A stretch of 63,350 nucleotides of DNA, the filler included, from Octopus bimaculoides (Eukaryota): assembly GCF_001194135.2 (NCBI RefSeq). It is 6 parts of 5 records of this genome, joined end to end, with 100 filler letters (N's around TTAATTAATTAA, not from the genome) between each part and the next. Parts side by side here need not be neighbours in the genome. Positions count along the whole stretch, not along the records: positions 32,117 to 38,106 come from NC_068997.1; positions 38,207 to 57,290 come from NC_068981.1; 4 more parts are not named here. One strand, 5' to 3'. Below are positions 36,331 to 47,597 of the stretch, piece after piece. The notes under the pieces were generated by a model that was not told the origin of the DNA, did no database searches, and was given only the letters and a program-made list of their open reading frames with translations. The stretch's first letter is position 1; each line of letters starts with the position of its first letter. A program made the translations under genes and the position numbers.

Positions 36331-37292
36331 GGCAGACTGCCAAGCAAGCTGAAGGAGGGAATAATATGCCCAATCCATAAAGGGGGAAGCAGAGCAGATG
36401 CCAAAAACTATAGGCCTATCTCTCTGACTTCACACATCAGCAAAGTCATGGAAAGGATAGTCAGAGGAAAACTAATTGCATTCCTTGAAGAAAATAAATT
36501 GCTGAGTGATACCCAACATAGCTTTCGACCAGGTAGGAGCTGCCTGACCCAGCTCTTACAACATTATGACTGGGGGTTGAGGCAGTTACTCAACAACTCA
36601 AATGTGGACGTAATATACCTTGATTTTGCAAAAGCTTTTGACAAAGTGGATCATGGTGTGATATACCACAAACNNNNNNNNNNNNNNNNNNNNNNNNNNN
36701 NNNNNNNNNNNNNNNNNNNNNNNNNNNNNNNNNNNNNNNNNNNNNNNNNNNNNNNNNNNNNNNNNNNNNNNNNNNNNNNNNNNNNNNNNNNNNNNNNNNN
36801 NNNNNNNNNNNNNNNNNNNNNNNNNNNNNNNNNNNNNNNNNNNNNNNNNNNNNNNNNNNNNNNNNNNNNNNNNNNNNNNNNNNNNNNNNNNNNNNNNNNN
36901 NNNNNNNNNNNNNNNNNNNNNNNNNNNNNNNNNNNNNNNNNNNNNNNNNNNNNNNNNNNNNNNNNNNNNNNNNNNNNNNNNNNNNNNNNNNNNNNNNNNN
37001 NNNNNNNNNNNNNNNNNNNNNNNNNNNNNNNNNNNNNNNNNNNNNNNNNNNNNNNNNNNNNNNNNNNNNNNNNNNNNNNNNNNNNNNNNNNNNNNNNNNN
37101 NNNNNNNNNNNNNNNNNNNNNNNNNNNNNNNNNNNNNNNNNNNNNNNNNNNNNNNNNNNNNNNNNNNNNNNNNNNNNNNNNNNNNNNNNNNNNNNNNNNN
37201 NNNGGAAACCATGATGATCCTCTGGAGGACATTCGTCCTCAGCTGCCTGGATTACTGCTCACAGCTGTGGTCACCCACCAGTGTAAAATTAA
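36330..37292 (+). mobile_element. CR1-group LINE RT region spanning a gap
   Basis: KNYRPISLTSHISKVMERI...QHSFRPGRSCLTQLL...VDVIYLDFAKAFDKVDH before the gap, and ILWRTFVLSCLDYCSQLWSP after it. Confidence 0.9.
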
Positions 37293-38106
37293 CAGCAATA
37301 TCCAACCTGAATTTCCACAGGGCGGACTGGAAGTCAATTCGCAAAGAGATTCGAAATCAAAACTGGCATGATAGTCTTTCTATACAAGACAATGACCTCA
37401 AACTAAGTCATTTTATGTCAACTATACAAGACATATGCGCCAAATACGTGCCAAAAAGAAAGACCAGCAAACATGCCAATAGAATTCCCAGAGACAAGAA
37501 AATCCTTGAGACACAGAACAAATGTCTCAAACCAGTTAAATAGAGAACTGGAGGATAGGAAAAGGGCTAAATTAAAACTAACACTGTTACAAATAGAAAA
37601 CAAGATTAAACTCTCCTATGAAAAGGAGAGAGCAGAGGAGAAGAGAGCAGTAGAAAACATAAAAACAAACCCCAAGGCTTTCTATAGATTTGCAAAAGAG
37701 ACTGCTACGGCACAGTATAAAATAGGACCCCTATTCCTGCCTCATGGCTAACTGACTGCGGACCCCACATGAATAAGTGAAGTGCTCAATGCACAATTCA
37801 AGAGTGTCTTCACTTCTCCTCTGAGTTACATGCAGATAAAGAACCCAGCTGATTTCTTTGACAATATCAATCAGAAGAAAAAGACTGCATCCATTACCTA
37901 CATTGACATTGAAGAGGAAGATGTAATAGCTACCATAAACGAAATGAGCTCAAATTCGGCAACTGGCCCCGATGGTTTCCCAGCTGTCCTCCCAAAGTCA
38001 TGTAAACAAGAATTAGCAGGACCACTCCGGATACTCTTCCAGAGTTTCCTTGCAAGTGGTAAACTTCCCAAAAAGCTGAAGGAAGGCACCATATGTCCTA
38101 TCCATA
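37293..38106 (+). mobile_element. second CR1-group LINE piece (EN-RT linker to start of RT)
   Basis: NFHRADWKSIR...NPKAFYRFAK...LNAQFKSVFT...SATGPDGFPAV...LKEGTICPIH, with frameshifts. Confidence 0.85.
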
Positions 38107-38206
38107 NNNNNNNNNNNNNNNNNNNNNNNNNNNNNNNNNNNNNNNNNNNNTTAATTAATTAANNNNNNNNNNNNNNNNNNNNNNNNNNNNNNNNNNNNNN
38201 NNNNNN
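38107..38206. other. synthetic scaffold-join spacer
   Basis: 44N-TTAATTAATTAA-44N. Confidence 0.95.
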
Positions 38207-38285
<79 letters not shown>

Positions 38286-38979
38286 TATAAATTTTGCATA
38301 CACTCATGTATCTGTCAAGAAATACGTCTCAATGCTCGCAAGACTGAAGTTAATATATACTCATCTATGCATACAAATATACATACGCACACACATATAC
38401 ACGACCATATATATTTACACACACGCACATTCACACACACACATAATATATGGCATTTTACGCTTACATAGGAAAATTGCTAAAATGTCACGTTCCTGTT
38501 GAAGGAAGATCTAAACAAAAAGTAGAAAATATCTAAGTTTACCCCTATCATAACCTATTTAGAATAAATAACTAAAAAAAAAATAAAGTAACGTAATGAA
38601 AAAGATATCTTTCTCATCTTATTAGTGCCTATCAACTTTTCACCTGAGACAAGCTGTTCACATCTGTTCTTCTATCTCTGCAGATTATGTTCTGCAGCTG
38701 TTTAAAATAGGATAATATAACTGAGTTTTCCCCCTGCTTTCTATCCTACGAGATTAAACACTAAATATATTTGGTAAACCCTACTATAGGAATGATGTTG
38801 AGGGTTAGCTAAGATTTCTGCGAGGATGAAAATAGAAGTATTTAGGGAAAAAAAATGATAAATGAAATTCAAATTGTTGTGATTTGTATTTTGAATAGAA
38901 CACTTTGGTACGAACCCAACTGGTGGAAAGCGGATGAACTTCTAAAGGCTAGTCATGCGTATCAGAAATTAAATTCATT

Positions 38980-39130
38980 ATGTCCGCTTCGCAAGGGTGG
39001 AGGTATTGTTTGCAGTCGTGTTTGTTTGTTTGTCCTTGGACAAGATATCTCAAGAACCACTGGATGGATTCGGATGAAACTTTCATGGATGTTTGGTTTT
39101 ATTATTGCCCATACAGGCGCACAAAGAGAG
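38980..39130 (+). mobile_element. Helentron/HINE-like non-autonomous element 5' part
   Basis: CCGCTTCGCAAGGGTGGAGGTATTGTTTGCAGTCGTGTTTGTTTGTTTGTCC...GATATCTCAAGAACCACTGGATGGATTCGGATGAAACTTTC resembles the recalled DINE/HINE-type start. Confidence 0.45.
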
Positions 39131-39229
39131 AAACAACACAATATGAACGGAGTCATGTACAATCGTATGGGTTTAGAAATTTACAATGACAGATGATTAA
39201 TGAATGGAACACAAAAACATTTACATATA

Positions 39230-39970
39230 CAAAAATAACACAATGTGGCATTGAAAACAGGTAAGCTCCGACCCCACGAGCCCTGTCTTTAATACCGACA
39301 CCTTGGTAATCTTTCCGACGTGTTCACGCAGAGCCTTTCACTCCCAACATAGTGCCACACGCGTCCATCGTTTATTGAACACACTATCTGACAGGCACCT
39401 CCTTTCCAGCCCCACCTTCCTTTTAAGGTGAAAGGTAAACACATTCACCAGGGAGAGGCCGGAGACGAAACTGTCTGTCACAATCCCTTTCATCCTTGAC
39501 TTCCATATCACCTCTCTCGCAATTGCTACTACTACGAGAAAACAATTCTTACCTTCTTCGGTTAGGAAATCCGGAGGGTTAATTTCTAGAATTGACTCAG
39601 GCGATAGTTGTACTCTTCTTCTATCTGACAACAGGTCTTCTGCATAAATCCACACTTCTGAAATTCCCAGACACTGAACAATAGCGTTCCGCTCGCATCT
39701 TGGACAGGCCGACGGCCCACGATGGCCGTGTCTGGTGAGCTTATCCCGAACGGGTAGGGCTCCTCGGTAACACTGCCAAGCCAAACACTTTTGGAAGTTA
39801 TCCGGTGTCTTCGGCCCGAATGTTCTTCAGGCTGTCTAACTGATTATTATCGAGACTCAGGGTCCTTCCCAGGGCATCATCATTTCCAGCCTCTACCAGC
39901 CTACTATAGTAAGCCGCAGTAGTACAGAAACCGCTGGCATTGTCCGAGTTGCGGAATTAGAGAAGAGCCT
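39230..39970 (-). mobile_element. Tx1/L1-clade LINE ORF2 3' end (zf-RVT region) plus 3' UTR
   Basis: AWQCYRGALPVRDKLTRHG...ACPRC...VQC...FTFHLKRKVGLERRCLS..VFNKRW in ORF 39338-39784. Confidence 0.85.
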
Positions 39971-39971
39971 T

Positions 39972-41090
39972 ATGGCACTCCGTATACCAGGTACCCAACC
40001 TCAATCTTCGACGAAACCAGTCTTCTCTACCACCAAAACTAGTAAAGCTGGGGAACATCCGTCTAGCGAGCGGAGGCCACACCCGTTCACCATCCAAGTA
40101 GAGCCAGAGATGCTTCAACCTCAGCGTATGCTTGCACCTCAACAGCCAAGTTCCCCTAAAGTGATTGTTGAGGGACGATGACCAAATTGCTGTGTGGAAT
40201 AAGAAGCCACATGAAGATGCAGTGCTCCATGCACAAGCCTTTTCAGAGTGAGAAGCAGAGGGACGAAGAAGCAGTTGAGACCAAAATACCAAGTGACACA
40301 ACGGACGGAGACAGCAAAAGTGATGTGGAGTGCACTAGGGATACGGAAGATGTGGAGTCGAAGAAATGCGGAACGAAAGCGACAAGTGAGAGGAGTGACA
40401 GGTTTGTCAGCCTCAAAAGGAGGAGAGGAGTGACAACAAGGGAGGACTCTAAGGGACCAGCAACGGAACCGGATGGGACGCCCAAGGAGGGTGGGGAGCC
40501 GCCTATATTTGCACACATGCAGGCGACTAAGGTGGAACCAAAGGAGCGAGAATCAGAAGGGACTGAACAGCAGGTTTTGAAAAATAAGGCATTTATAGTT
40601 TACTACGGTAAGAATGTGGATGTGGAAAAGAGGATTTCCAAGTGGAAGGATTTAATATGGGTGAAACTACCCAAGGAGGATGGACAAAAGTGTATATTAT
40701 TGAACAAAGACAGATACAACACGTTTATAAAAACATATGCAAAATATATAATTTCAATTGGCAGGCCAGTGGGGTTTGATACCCTACCACCCATAATTCA
40801 ACATAAAGACTTGGAAAGTTTTAAAATATTGTAAAATATGAACTTATAAAAACGAAAATGTGCACTTTTAAAAGGAAACAAAGAACTTCCAAAAATAACG
40901 TCTAAATGTAACCACTGGACTTCGAGGGTCGAGTGGGCATTGCGCCTCATTTTATCATTTTCATATTTTCATTCGTTCTTTTTTTTCTTTTTCACTCGAT
41001 TTCTTTCTGTATCTTTATTTCCCCGATTATATGTCCTGTATTGTTTTGTAATGTCCCATCTATGTTTGGCCCCTTGTGGGTAATAAAAAA
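39972..41090 (+). mobile_element. gag/ORF1-only retroelement (Tx1-like ORF1 fragment followed directly by a 3' tail)
   Basis: KVIVEGR followed by a frameshifted CCHC knuckle C-x2-CGIRSHMKMQC, a charged linker, and ORF 40178-40834. A T-rich UTR ends GCCCCTTGTGGGTAATAAAAAA with no ORF2 in between. Confidence 0.6.
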
Positions 41091-41154
41091 ATCAGGACGT
41101 TGGTGTTGTCTTGGCAGAGGTTTGTGTTCTCTGAGTGCTGTTATTGATTTATTT

Positions 41155-41933
41155 AAGGTTGCGAGCTGGCAGAATCTTTAGCACGCCGAACAAAATGCAT
41201 CAGGATATTTCGTCCATCTTTACATTCTGAGTTCAAATTCCGCTGAGGTTGACGTTGCCTTTCACCCTTTCGAATTCGATAAAATAAGTGCTTGTTGAGC
41301 ACCGAGGGTCGATGTAATCGATAGCCCAAAATAACAGACCTTGCACTTATAGTATAAAGGATTATTATTGATTTCTTTAAGGTGGAGAGTTGACAGAATC
41401 CTCAGATCGTTGGGAAAAAAAATTCTAACTGTATTTCTTCCATTTTTTTTAAGACGAGAAGAATGCCGTAACAGATGAAGTGATTTTATGTGATTTTTAA
41501 ACGATGTGAGTTTCAATTTCTGTTTGAAGTTTTATTATTTCATTTGGGCAGAGAATTGACAGAATTGTATGAACGTCAAACAAAATAGCGGTGGTGTTTA
41601 GTTTCGGTAATTTACGTTCTTAGATTAAATCCTCTTGAATTCAACTTTGTCCTCCATCGTTTCAAGGTCGATAAAATTATGTTCTAGCGAAGTATTAAGA
41701 TCAATATAACAATTCCCCAGAGGCGGTGCACTGGTAGAATTGTTAATACACCGGACAAAATGCTTAGCAGCATTTCTCCCGTCATTAAGTTCTGGGTTCA
41801 AATTTCGCTAGGGTCGACTTTGCCCTTTGATCCTTTCGGAGACGATAAAATAAGTACCAGCTGAACACTGGGATCGAGTTGATCCACTTAGTCCCTCTCC
41901 AGAATTGCTGGCCTTGTGTCAAGATTTGAAACC
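41155..41933 (+). mobile_element. train of four same-strand SINE family B copies
   Basis: Heads at about 41155, 41379, 41546 and 41721 (AGGYGG.GAG.TG.CAGAAT). Cores GTCGAC(T)TTGCC..T.ATCCTTTCG are present in three of them. Confidence 0.8.
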
Positions 41934-43115
41934 GATGTAACAATTCTCCGTACCTAGTACTCTTGAATATGAATGGAATGGAATGGAATTATCAAAAATA
42001 TATTTAGAGAGAGAAGTTCGAGTGCAAATGAAATAATGCGTTCGAATAGAAGACGATTAGATCAGTTTACAGGACTGAAACAAAAAATAACGTAGAAATA
42101 GTTGTTCAGTACTATTAATTTTAGACAATCCCATTTTCTGACCTATCTTCACAATAATAAAATGCTTGAAAATCTCTGAAACTGAATAACTATGCAAAAT
42201 AAATGAATCACTTTTATTCAAGTGTCTACTTACTAACAATGAGTAACAGCCATTCACTATTTAAAAGGTATGTTCCCAGACGACTTGAATAACCTGTCTA
42301 TACCAAAACACATTTGCTAGCAATAATTCCCATGCTCGACACACATAACTGAACGACCTGAGACATTGTTTAATTGTATAATAGGTTTATTTATACTCAG
42401 GAAAGTAATTTTACGCATGATTTCCACAGATAAATAATATTCAGTGAATTAATTTTCCAGTCGTCTTCAACAAAACAGGAAGTAATTTATAGCTTAAAGT
42501 AAACCGTGGAAATGATTTATAATAATTGCCATATTTTAATAGATAACGGATACGACTTATTACTAACCTATTTACTTCAATTATAATAGACATAAAACAG
42601 GTAGATTTCCATTAAACGCATTTTATAATATCAGTGACAGTTTTGCAGAATATGAAGACATAATAAATGAGATGAATCAATTCAGCAAATCGAAAATGCG
42701 ACAGCATACGGAATGATTTTCCCCAAAATAATTCTATGAACGGTAATCTTAACAACTGTTACCCAATTTACTTTACATGTCCGTTTATGTCGCAGTCCCA
42801 TTTTCACCAGTCCTTTCATCAGCGCTCACGAAAAGCGTAAATGATTTCAAGGTAACTTTAGCAGGAAGAGCATTTCCATAAGTTTATCCAAAACGTCTAC
42901 ACATGTTTTCAAACTTTTAGTAAACTTTTGTTTCAGAAGTCCCAAGTAACTCTGGTGGTTGAAAAAAAAAAATTGAGAATGTGTACAAATATGATATATG
43001 GACGCAAGGGAAATATGTCCCGTGTACCACATGTGATACATAAAGCAAGCAATGGGTTAACATATTTAGGTATGAATGCATCAGTCGTCACTGTCAGACG
43101 CGAATATCAATTTAG

Positions 43116-43440
43116 GACCGGCTCTGCAAATTTCGAAGGGTCCCTATCTTATATATATATATATATAAAAAAAAGGATTTGGATGTTTGGAAATCATACA
43201 TGTTGACTTACAGATTTTGCATGCGAAACTGGTGTCTCGGTATTTTCTCTGCTAGTATCAACGACTGCTGCAGAAAGATCTTTCTTATATTCATTTTTAA
43301 AGCCAGAATAACTGTTCTTGTATGATGGTTTTACTTTCTATAAATTGTCATAAATAAGATGATGTAGAATTTTATTTTTATGAACCTACTGTGTTAAATT
43401 TTTGTCGGATTAAAGTGCTAAAAATGCTACATATCTTGGC
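43116..43440 (+). mobile_element. possible hAT-derived MITE relic
   Basis: Starts AGGACCGGCTC and contains LLVSTTAAERSF, similar to the hAT dimerisation motif STATAERSFS. Confidence 0.35.
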
Positions 43441-43603
43441 GGCTTTCCAGGACATCCAAGCCGTTAAAATTAACTTTCGAACGTATAAATTGGATTTGAA
43501 CGAATTCAGTTCTGTCCTTGAATACTGTACATACACTAAGTTTTTCTAGATAAGATGTTGATTTTACTGCTATCACATTCAAACCAGACAATAAAAATTT
43601 TAA

Positions 43604-43737
43604 TACAGTTCTATATTTAAGAGATGAGGAATTATATACATTATTTACATTTGACGGATATTTGTCATCATGTTTTTGTTAACACAACGTTTCGGCTGAT
43701 ATACCCTCCAGCCTTCATCAGGTGTCTTGGGGGAAAT
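43604..43737 (-). mobile_element. inverted, 5'-truncated copy of the hammerhead-bearing SINE tail
   Basis: Its reverse complement matches 43937-44041 over about 105 bp and extends further 3' (CTCTTAAATATAGAACTGTAT). Confidence 0.9.
43681..43726 (-). ncRNA. minimal type-I hammerhead ribozyme fold with intact core
   Basis: GACAC-CUGAUGA-A-GGCUG(loop)CAGCC-GAAA-CGUU-GUGUU gives stem I of 5 bp (one G:U), stem II of 5 bp, palindromic AACGUU stem III, and a GUU triplet. Confidence 0.75.
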
Positions 43738-43740
43738 CTT

Positions 43741-43813
43741 GAGCATATGGTGTAGTGGTTAAGAGCGCGGGCTACTAACCCCAAGATTTCGAGTTCGATT
43801 CCAGGCAGTGATA

Positions 43814-43855
<42 letters not shown>

Positions 43856-43858
43856 GTA

Positions 43859-43895
<37 letters not shown>

Positions 43896-44041
43896 CAACA
43901 TCGAAAAATACCTTAAGGATGAGAACCCAGGTTCGAAATTTCCCCAAGGCACCTGATGGAGGCTGGAGGGTATATCAGCCGAAACGTTGTGTTAATAACA
44001 AACAAGATGAGGACAAATATCCGTCAAATGTAAGTAATGTA
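43741..44041 (+). mobile_element. tRNA-headed SINE with internal (AAT)n and a hammerhead-containing 3' module
   Basis: A-box TGGTGTAGTGG (43748), B-box GTTCGATTC (43793), (AAT)n at 43816-43899, a linker, and a hammerhead fold at 43948-43993 with core CUGAUGG (A9 changed). Confidence 0.85.
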
Positions 44042-44733
44042 AAAATTTAAAGCTTTTCCATACAGAGAAATAAACGTAAATAGAAAGGCAGGTATAAAAA
44101 ACTTGTGTTTACACAGGTTTGAATTAACTTCAGGTAAATTCTGTAAGAGCTGACTTTGATTAAACACACTTCAGCCTTGACTCTCTCGTTCTTTTTAGAA
44201 CGGTATCAAGTACTTTTAGAGAAACTTGACCACAACTTCTATCATGTTCAGCGACCGCGCAGATGCCTCTTTCAAACTAGCTTCAAATCCATGATTTAAT
44301 CCCCTCATAAAACAAAATAAACTTATTCATATAAAATGATAGTCAGTTGGAAGGGAATATACATCCTCATTCTGTAATAACTGTCAGTGGCGTTGGCTTT
44401 AGTACTGCTAGCAACTTTTTATTTATAAGGAAACAACTGCAAATTAAAACTAGCGATTCAAGACCTCAGTCTGCCTAGGGACCCCATATTTTAAACTTTA
44501 ACATTTACCTCTCTATTCCCTACGAATGTGAGACATATGTTTCTGTAATGTTGCAAGAATCGAAAAGTGAAACCAGATTTGTTTACACCTACCAATACAC
44601 AAACATATCTCATGTGTATGTGTGTGTAACTCTACACATATATGTAATTAATCAATTTGGTCCCTTTTGTCCTGTTCTATGTACACAAATATGTATATAT
44701 ATTTCAGAGTGAGAATTAGTGAGCAGGAGAGAG

Positions 44734-44797
<64 letters not shown>

Positions 44798-46154
44798 NNN
44801 NNNNNNNNNNNNNNNNNNNNNNNNNNNNNNNNNNNNNNNNNNNNNNNNNNNNNNNNNNNNNNNNNNNNNNNNNNNNNNNNNNNNNNNNNNNNNNNNNNNN
44901 NNNNNNNNNNNNNNNNNNNNNNNNNNNNNNNNNNNNNNNNNNNNNNNNNNNNNNNNNNNNNNNNNNNNNNNNNNNNNNNNNNNNNNNNNNNNNNNNNNNN
45001 NNNNNNNNNNNNNNNNNNNNNNNNNNNNNNNNNNNNNNNNNNNNNNNNNNNNNNNNNNNNNNNNNNNNNNNNNNNNNNNNNNNNNNNNNNNNNNNNNNNN
45101 NNNNNNNNNNNNNNNNNNNNNNNNNNNNNNNNNNNNNNNNNNNNNNNNNNNNNNNNNNNNNNNNNNNNNNNNNNNNNNNNNNNNNNNNNNNNNNNNNNNN
45201 NNNNNNNNNNNNNNNNNNNNNNNNNNNNNNNNNNNNNNNNNNNNNNATATATATATATTTATATATATATATATGCATGTATACTTAGTGTATACATATG
45301 TACATATATGTAATTATGTATATATACATATATATGCATTTGTGTGAGTGTGCGTTTATGTGTGTATGTATATGCTATTAGTTTGTCTCAACTCTTGTTG
45401 AGAATCTGAGAAATCGTACTGAAAACAAGATGGTTTTCTCGAACACTCATAAGTTATAACAAAGGTGTGCTTATCAGAGCATGTAATGTTCTATTCACAT
45501 GAAAGTGACGACATGACAATAAATCAAAAGTTTGCTTTCTCGAATAGATTCTAATATCTTTCATATATACTTCACCGAAAATTTAAATGTCAAGCTCTAC
45601 TTAGCTACGTTCTTTTGTGATGGGGATCCAACAAAGTCCTGTCCCTTCCATCAAACCATAAAACAATGATAAAATAAAAAGAATCCTTCAAGCGAGATAC
45701 TTGACATTCAAAATAATAGATATATCCGTGCATGAGATACGTGCTTATAAATCCTTGACTGAAATTCAATACTGAGCAAAAACACTACAACAATGTTTTA
45801 TTACAAATAGATAAACAGAATATAAAATAACCGCAGTTATCTAATCCCACTGATAGTAGGATGGACGAGAGTTCAGAAAAAGTGTTTCATTTCCGTATAT
45901 CTGGACACCAGATCTTTGCTTCATGTGTGTATATATATTTATTTCCTTACTCTGTACGCATTAGAGTTTCTTATTCTATATGGAGGGAGAATAAAATACC
46001 AACAATTAGGGCAATGGAATTCAGGGAAACAATATTTAAGTTTAGTCATCGTAACGAAAACTTCTACTGTAGTTTGCAAATGGTAAATTTTGTATGAGAG
46101 TATAAACCTGAAAAGAGAGAAATATAAATAAATAGTTGTTCATTTTTACTCTCT

Positions 46155-46248
46155 CTGAAAGTATCTGTCATTACAGTATCGAAATGTGATTGTTTCAGTT
46201 ACTGAAAGTATCTGTCATTACAGTATCGAAATGTGATTGTTTCAGTTA
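46155..46248. repeat. perfect 47-bp tandem duplication
   Basis: CTGAAAGTATCTGTCATTACAGTATCGAAATGTGATTGTTTCAGTTA occurs twice. Confidence 0.95.
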
Positions 46249-46674
46249 GTGGAATAGTTTCATTTTTAAAGTGAAAGTATTTGACATGAGTGTTTTTGTT
46301 TCACTTTTGACACGTAATACTTAAATAGTGGAGGAGATATTATGTTGCCGTGGGCTCGAACTCTGCAAGAAGTTAAAAATGTTTTTTGACTAAAACACAA
46401 CTGGAACCCTAAGTAAGGCATCTGTAAAAGTTGAATGAAATTGGTTGCGTAGTTCTCGATTTTTAGGGATTCACACACACAGGCAGACAGACACACATTC
46501 TCATTTTTATATATATAGATAACGATAAGAAATTGTAACTTTGCCAAAAAGTTTCAATGGCAACAATGATTTTACTCCACTAATCTAATTATATAATACT
46601 GAAATTAAAGCCATAATTATGCTGAAATAATAACAACAACAACAACAATAATAATGATAATAATGATAATAATG

Positions 46675-46730
<56 letters not shown>

Positions 46731-46731
<1 letters not shown>

Positions 46732-47560
46732 TCAGGACTGAAAGCAGGGACTGAAGGTTTAATATTGGCGGCAAAAGATCAAAGCTTGCTTATCAGAACT
46801 ACCAGGCTAACGTTCTTCAAAACGGTTCCGACCCTAAATGCAGATTCTGTGGCACGTTTGACGAAACAATAGACCATCTCGTCTTGGAATGTCCTGTGCT
46901 GATACCAAACGAATACAAAAATCGACCCGATAGGGTAGGACAGTATTTACATCGGAAAATGGGTAGACACAATAAAATCAGCACCCCTGCTTACTGGTAT
47001 GAACACATCCTAAGCCAGTCGTTGAAGGTAAAGATGTCACTATCCTCTGGAATTTTCCAGTCAACACCGACAGAACGGTCCAGGATAATCAACCAGACAT
47101 AATTATTAAAGACAAGGAAGAAAATACTTGTAGACTAATAAATGTAAGTGTTCCTACTAATAAAAATATATCTGTAAAGAATTTGACAAATTAAGTAAAT
47201 ATAAGGACCTGGAAATTGAAATACAAAAGATGTGACATCTTAAAACAAGAACTGTTCCTGTTATTGTAGGTGTCCTAGGTATGATAAAAAAGGATATCAG
47301 AAACATCTAAACAACATCCCAGGAGAACCATGTCTCACAGAAATCCAAAAGACTGTGCTGACTAGTACTACCCACATCCTTAGAAAACCCCAATCAATTT
47401 AAATATCTGTCTTGTATTACATGAAGATATTTCGTTAATATCCCTGCCACTTCCGCTCCTCAAGCTCTTGGTCACACTGTAACATATTTTATCCTACACT
47501 GGTCCTAGGATGCTAGGTGTGTCTCGGCAAGTGATTGTAACTAACATAGAGATTAAAAGT
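46731..47560 (+). mobile_element. 5'-truncated R4/Dong-clade LINE (CCHC plus RLE endonuclease) between TAA microsatellites
   Basis: GLKAGTEGLILAAKDQSL, KCRFCG...ETIDHLV.EC, NQPDIIIKDKEENTC, and KLSKYKDLEIEIQKM...VPVIVGVLG. (TAA)n lies on both sides. Confidence 0.9.
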
Positions 47561-47597
47561 TAATAATACTAATAATAATTAATAATGATAATAATAA

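Noticed and set aside
43741-43812. Possible functional tRNA gene
   Set aside because: A and B boxes are present, but the acceptor and anticodon stems do not pair properly and it runs into a SINE body, so it is treated as a SINE head.
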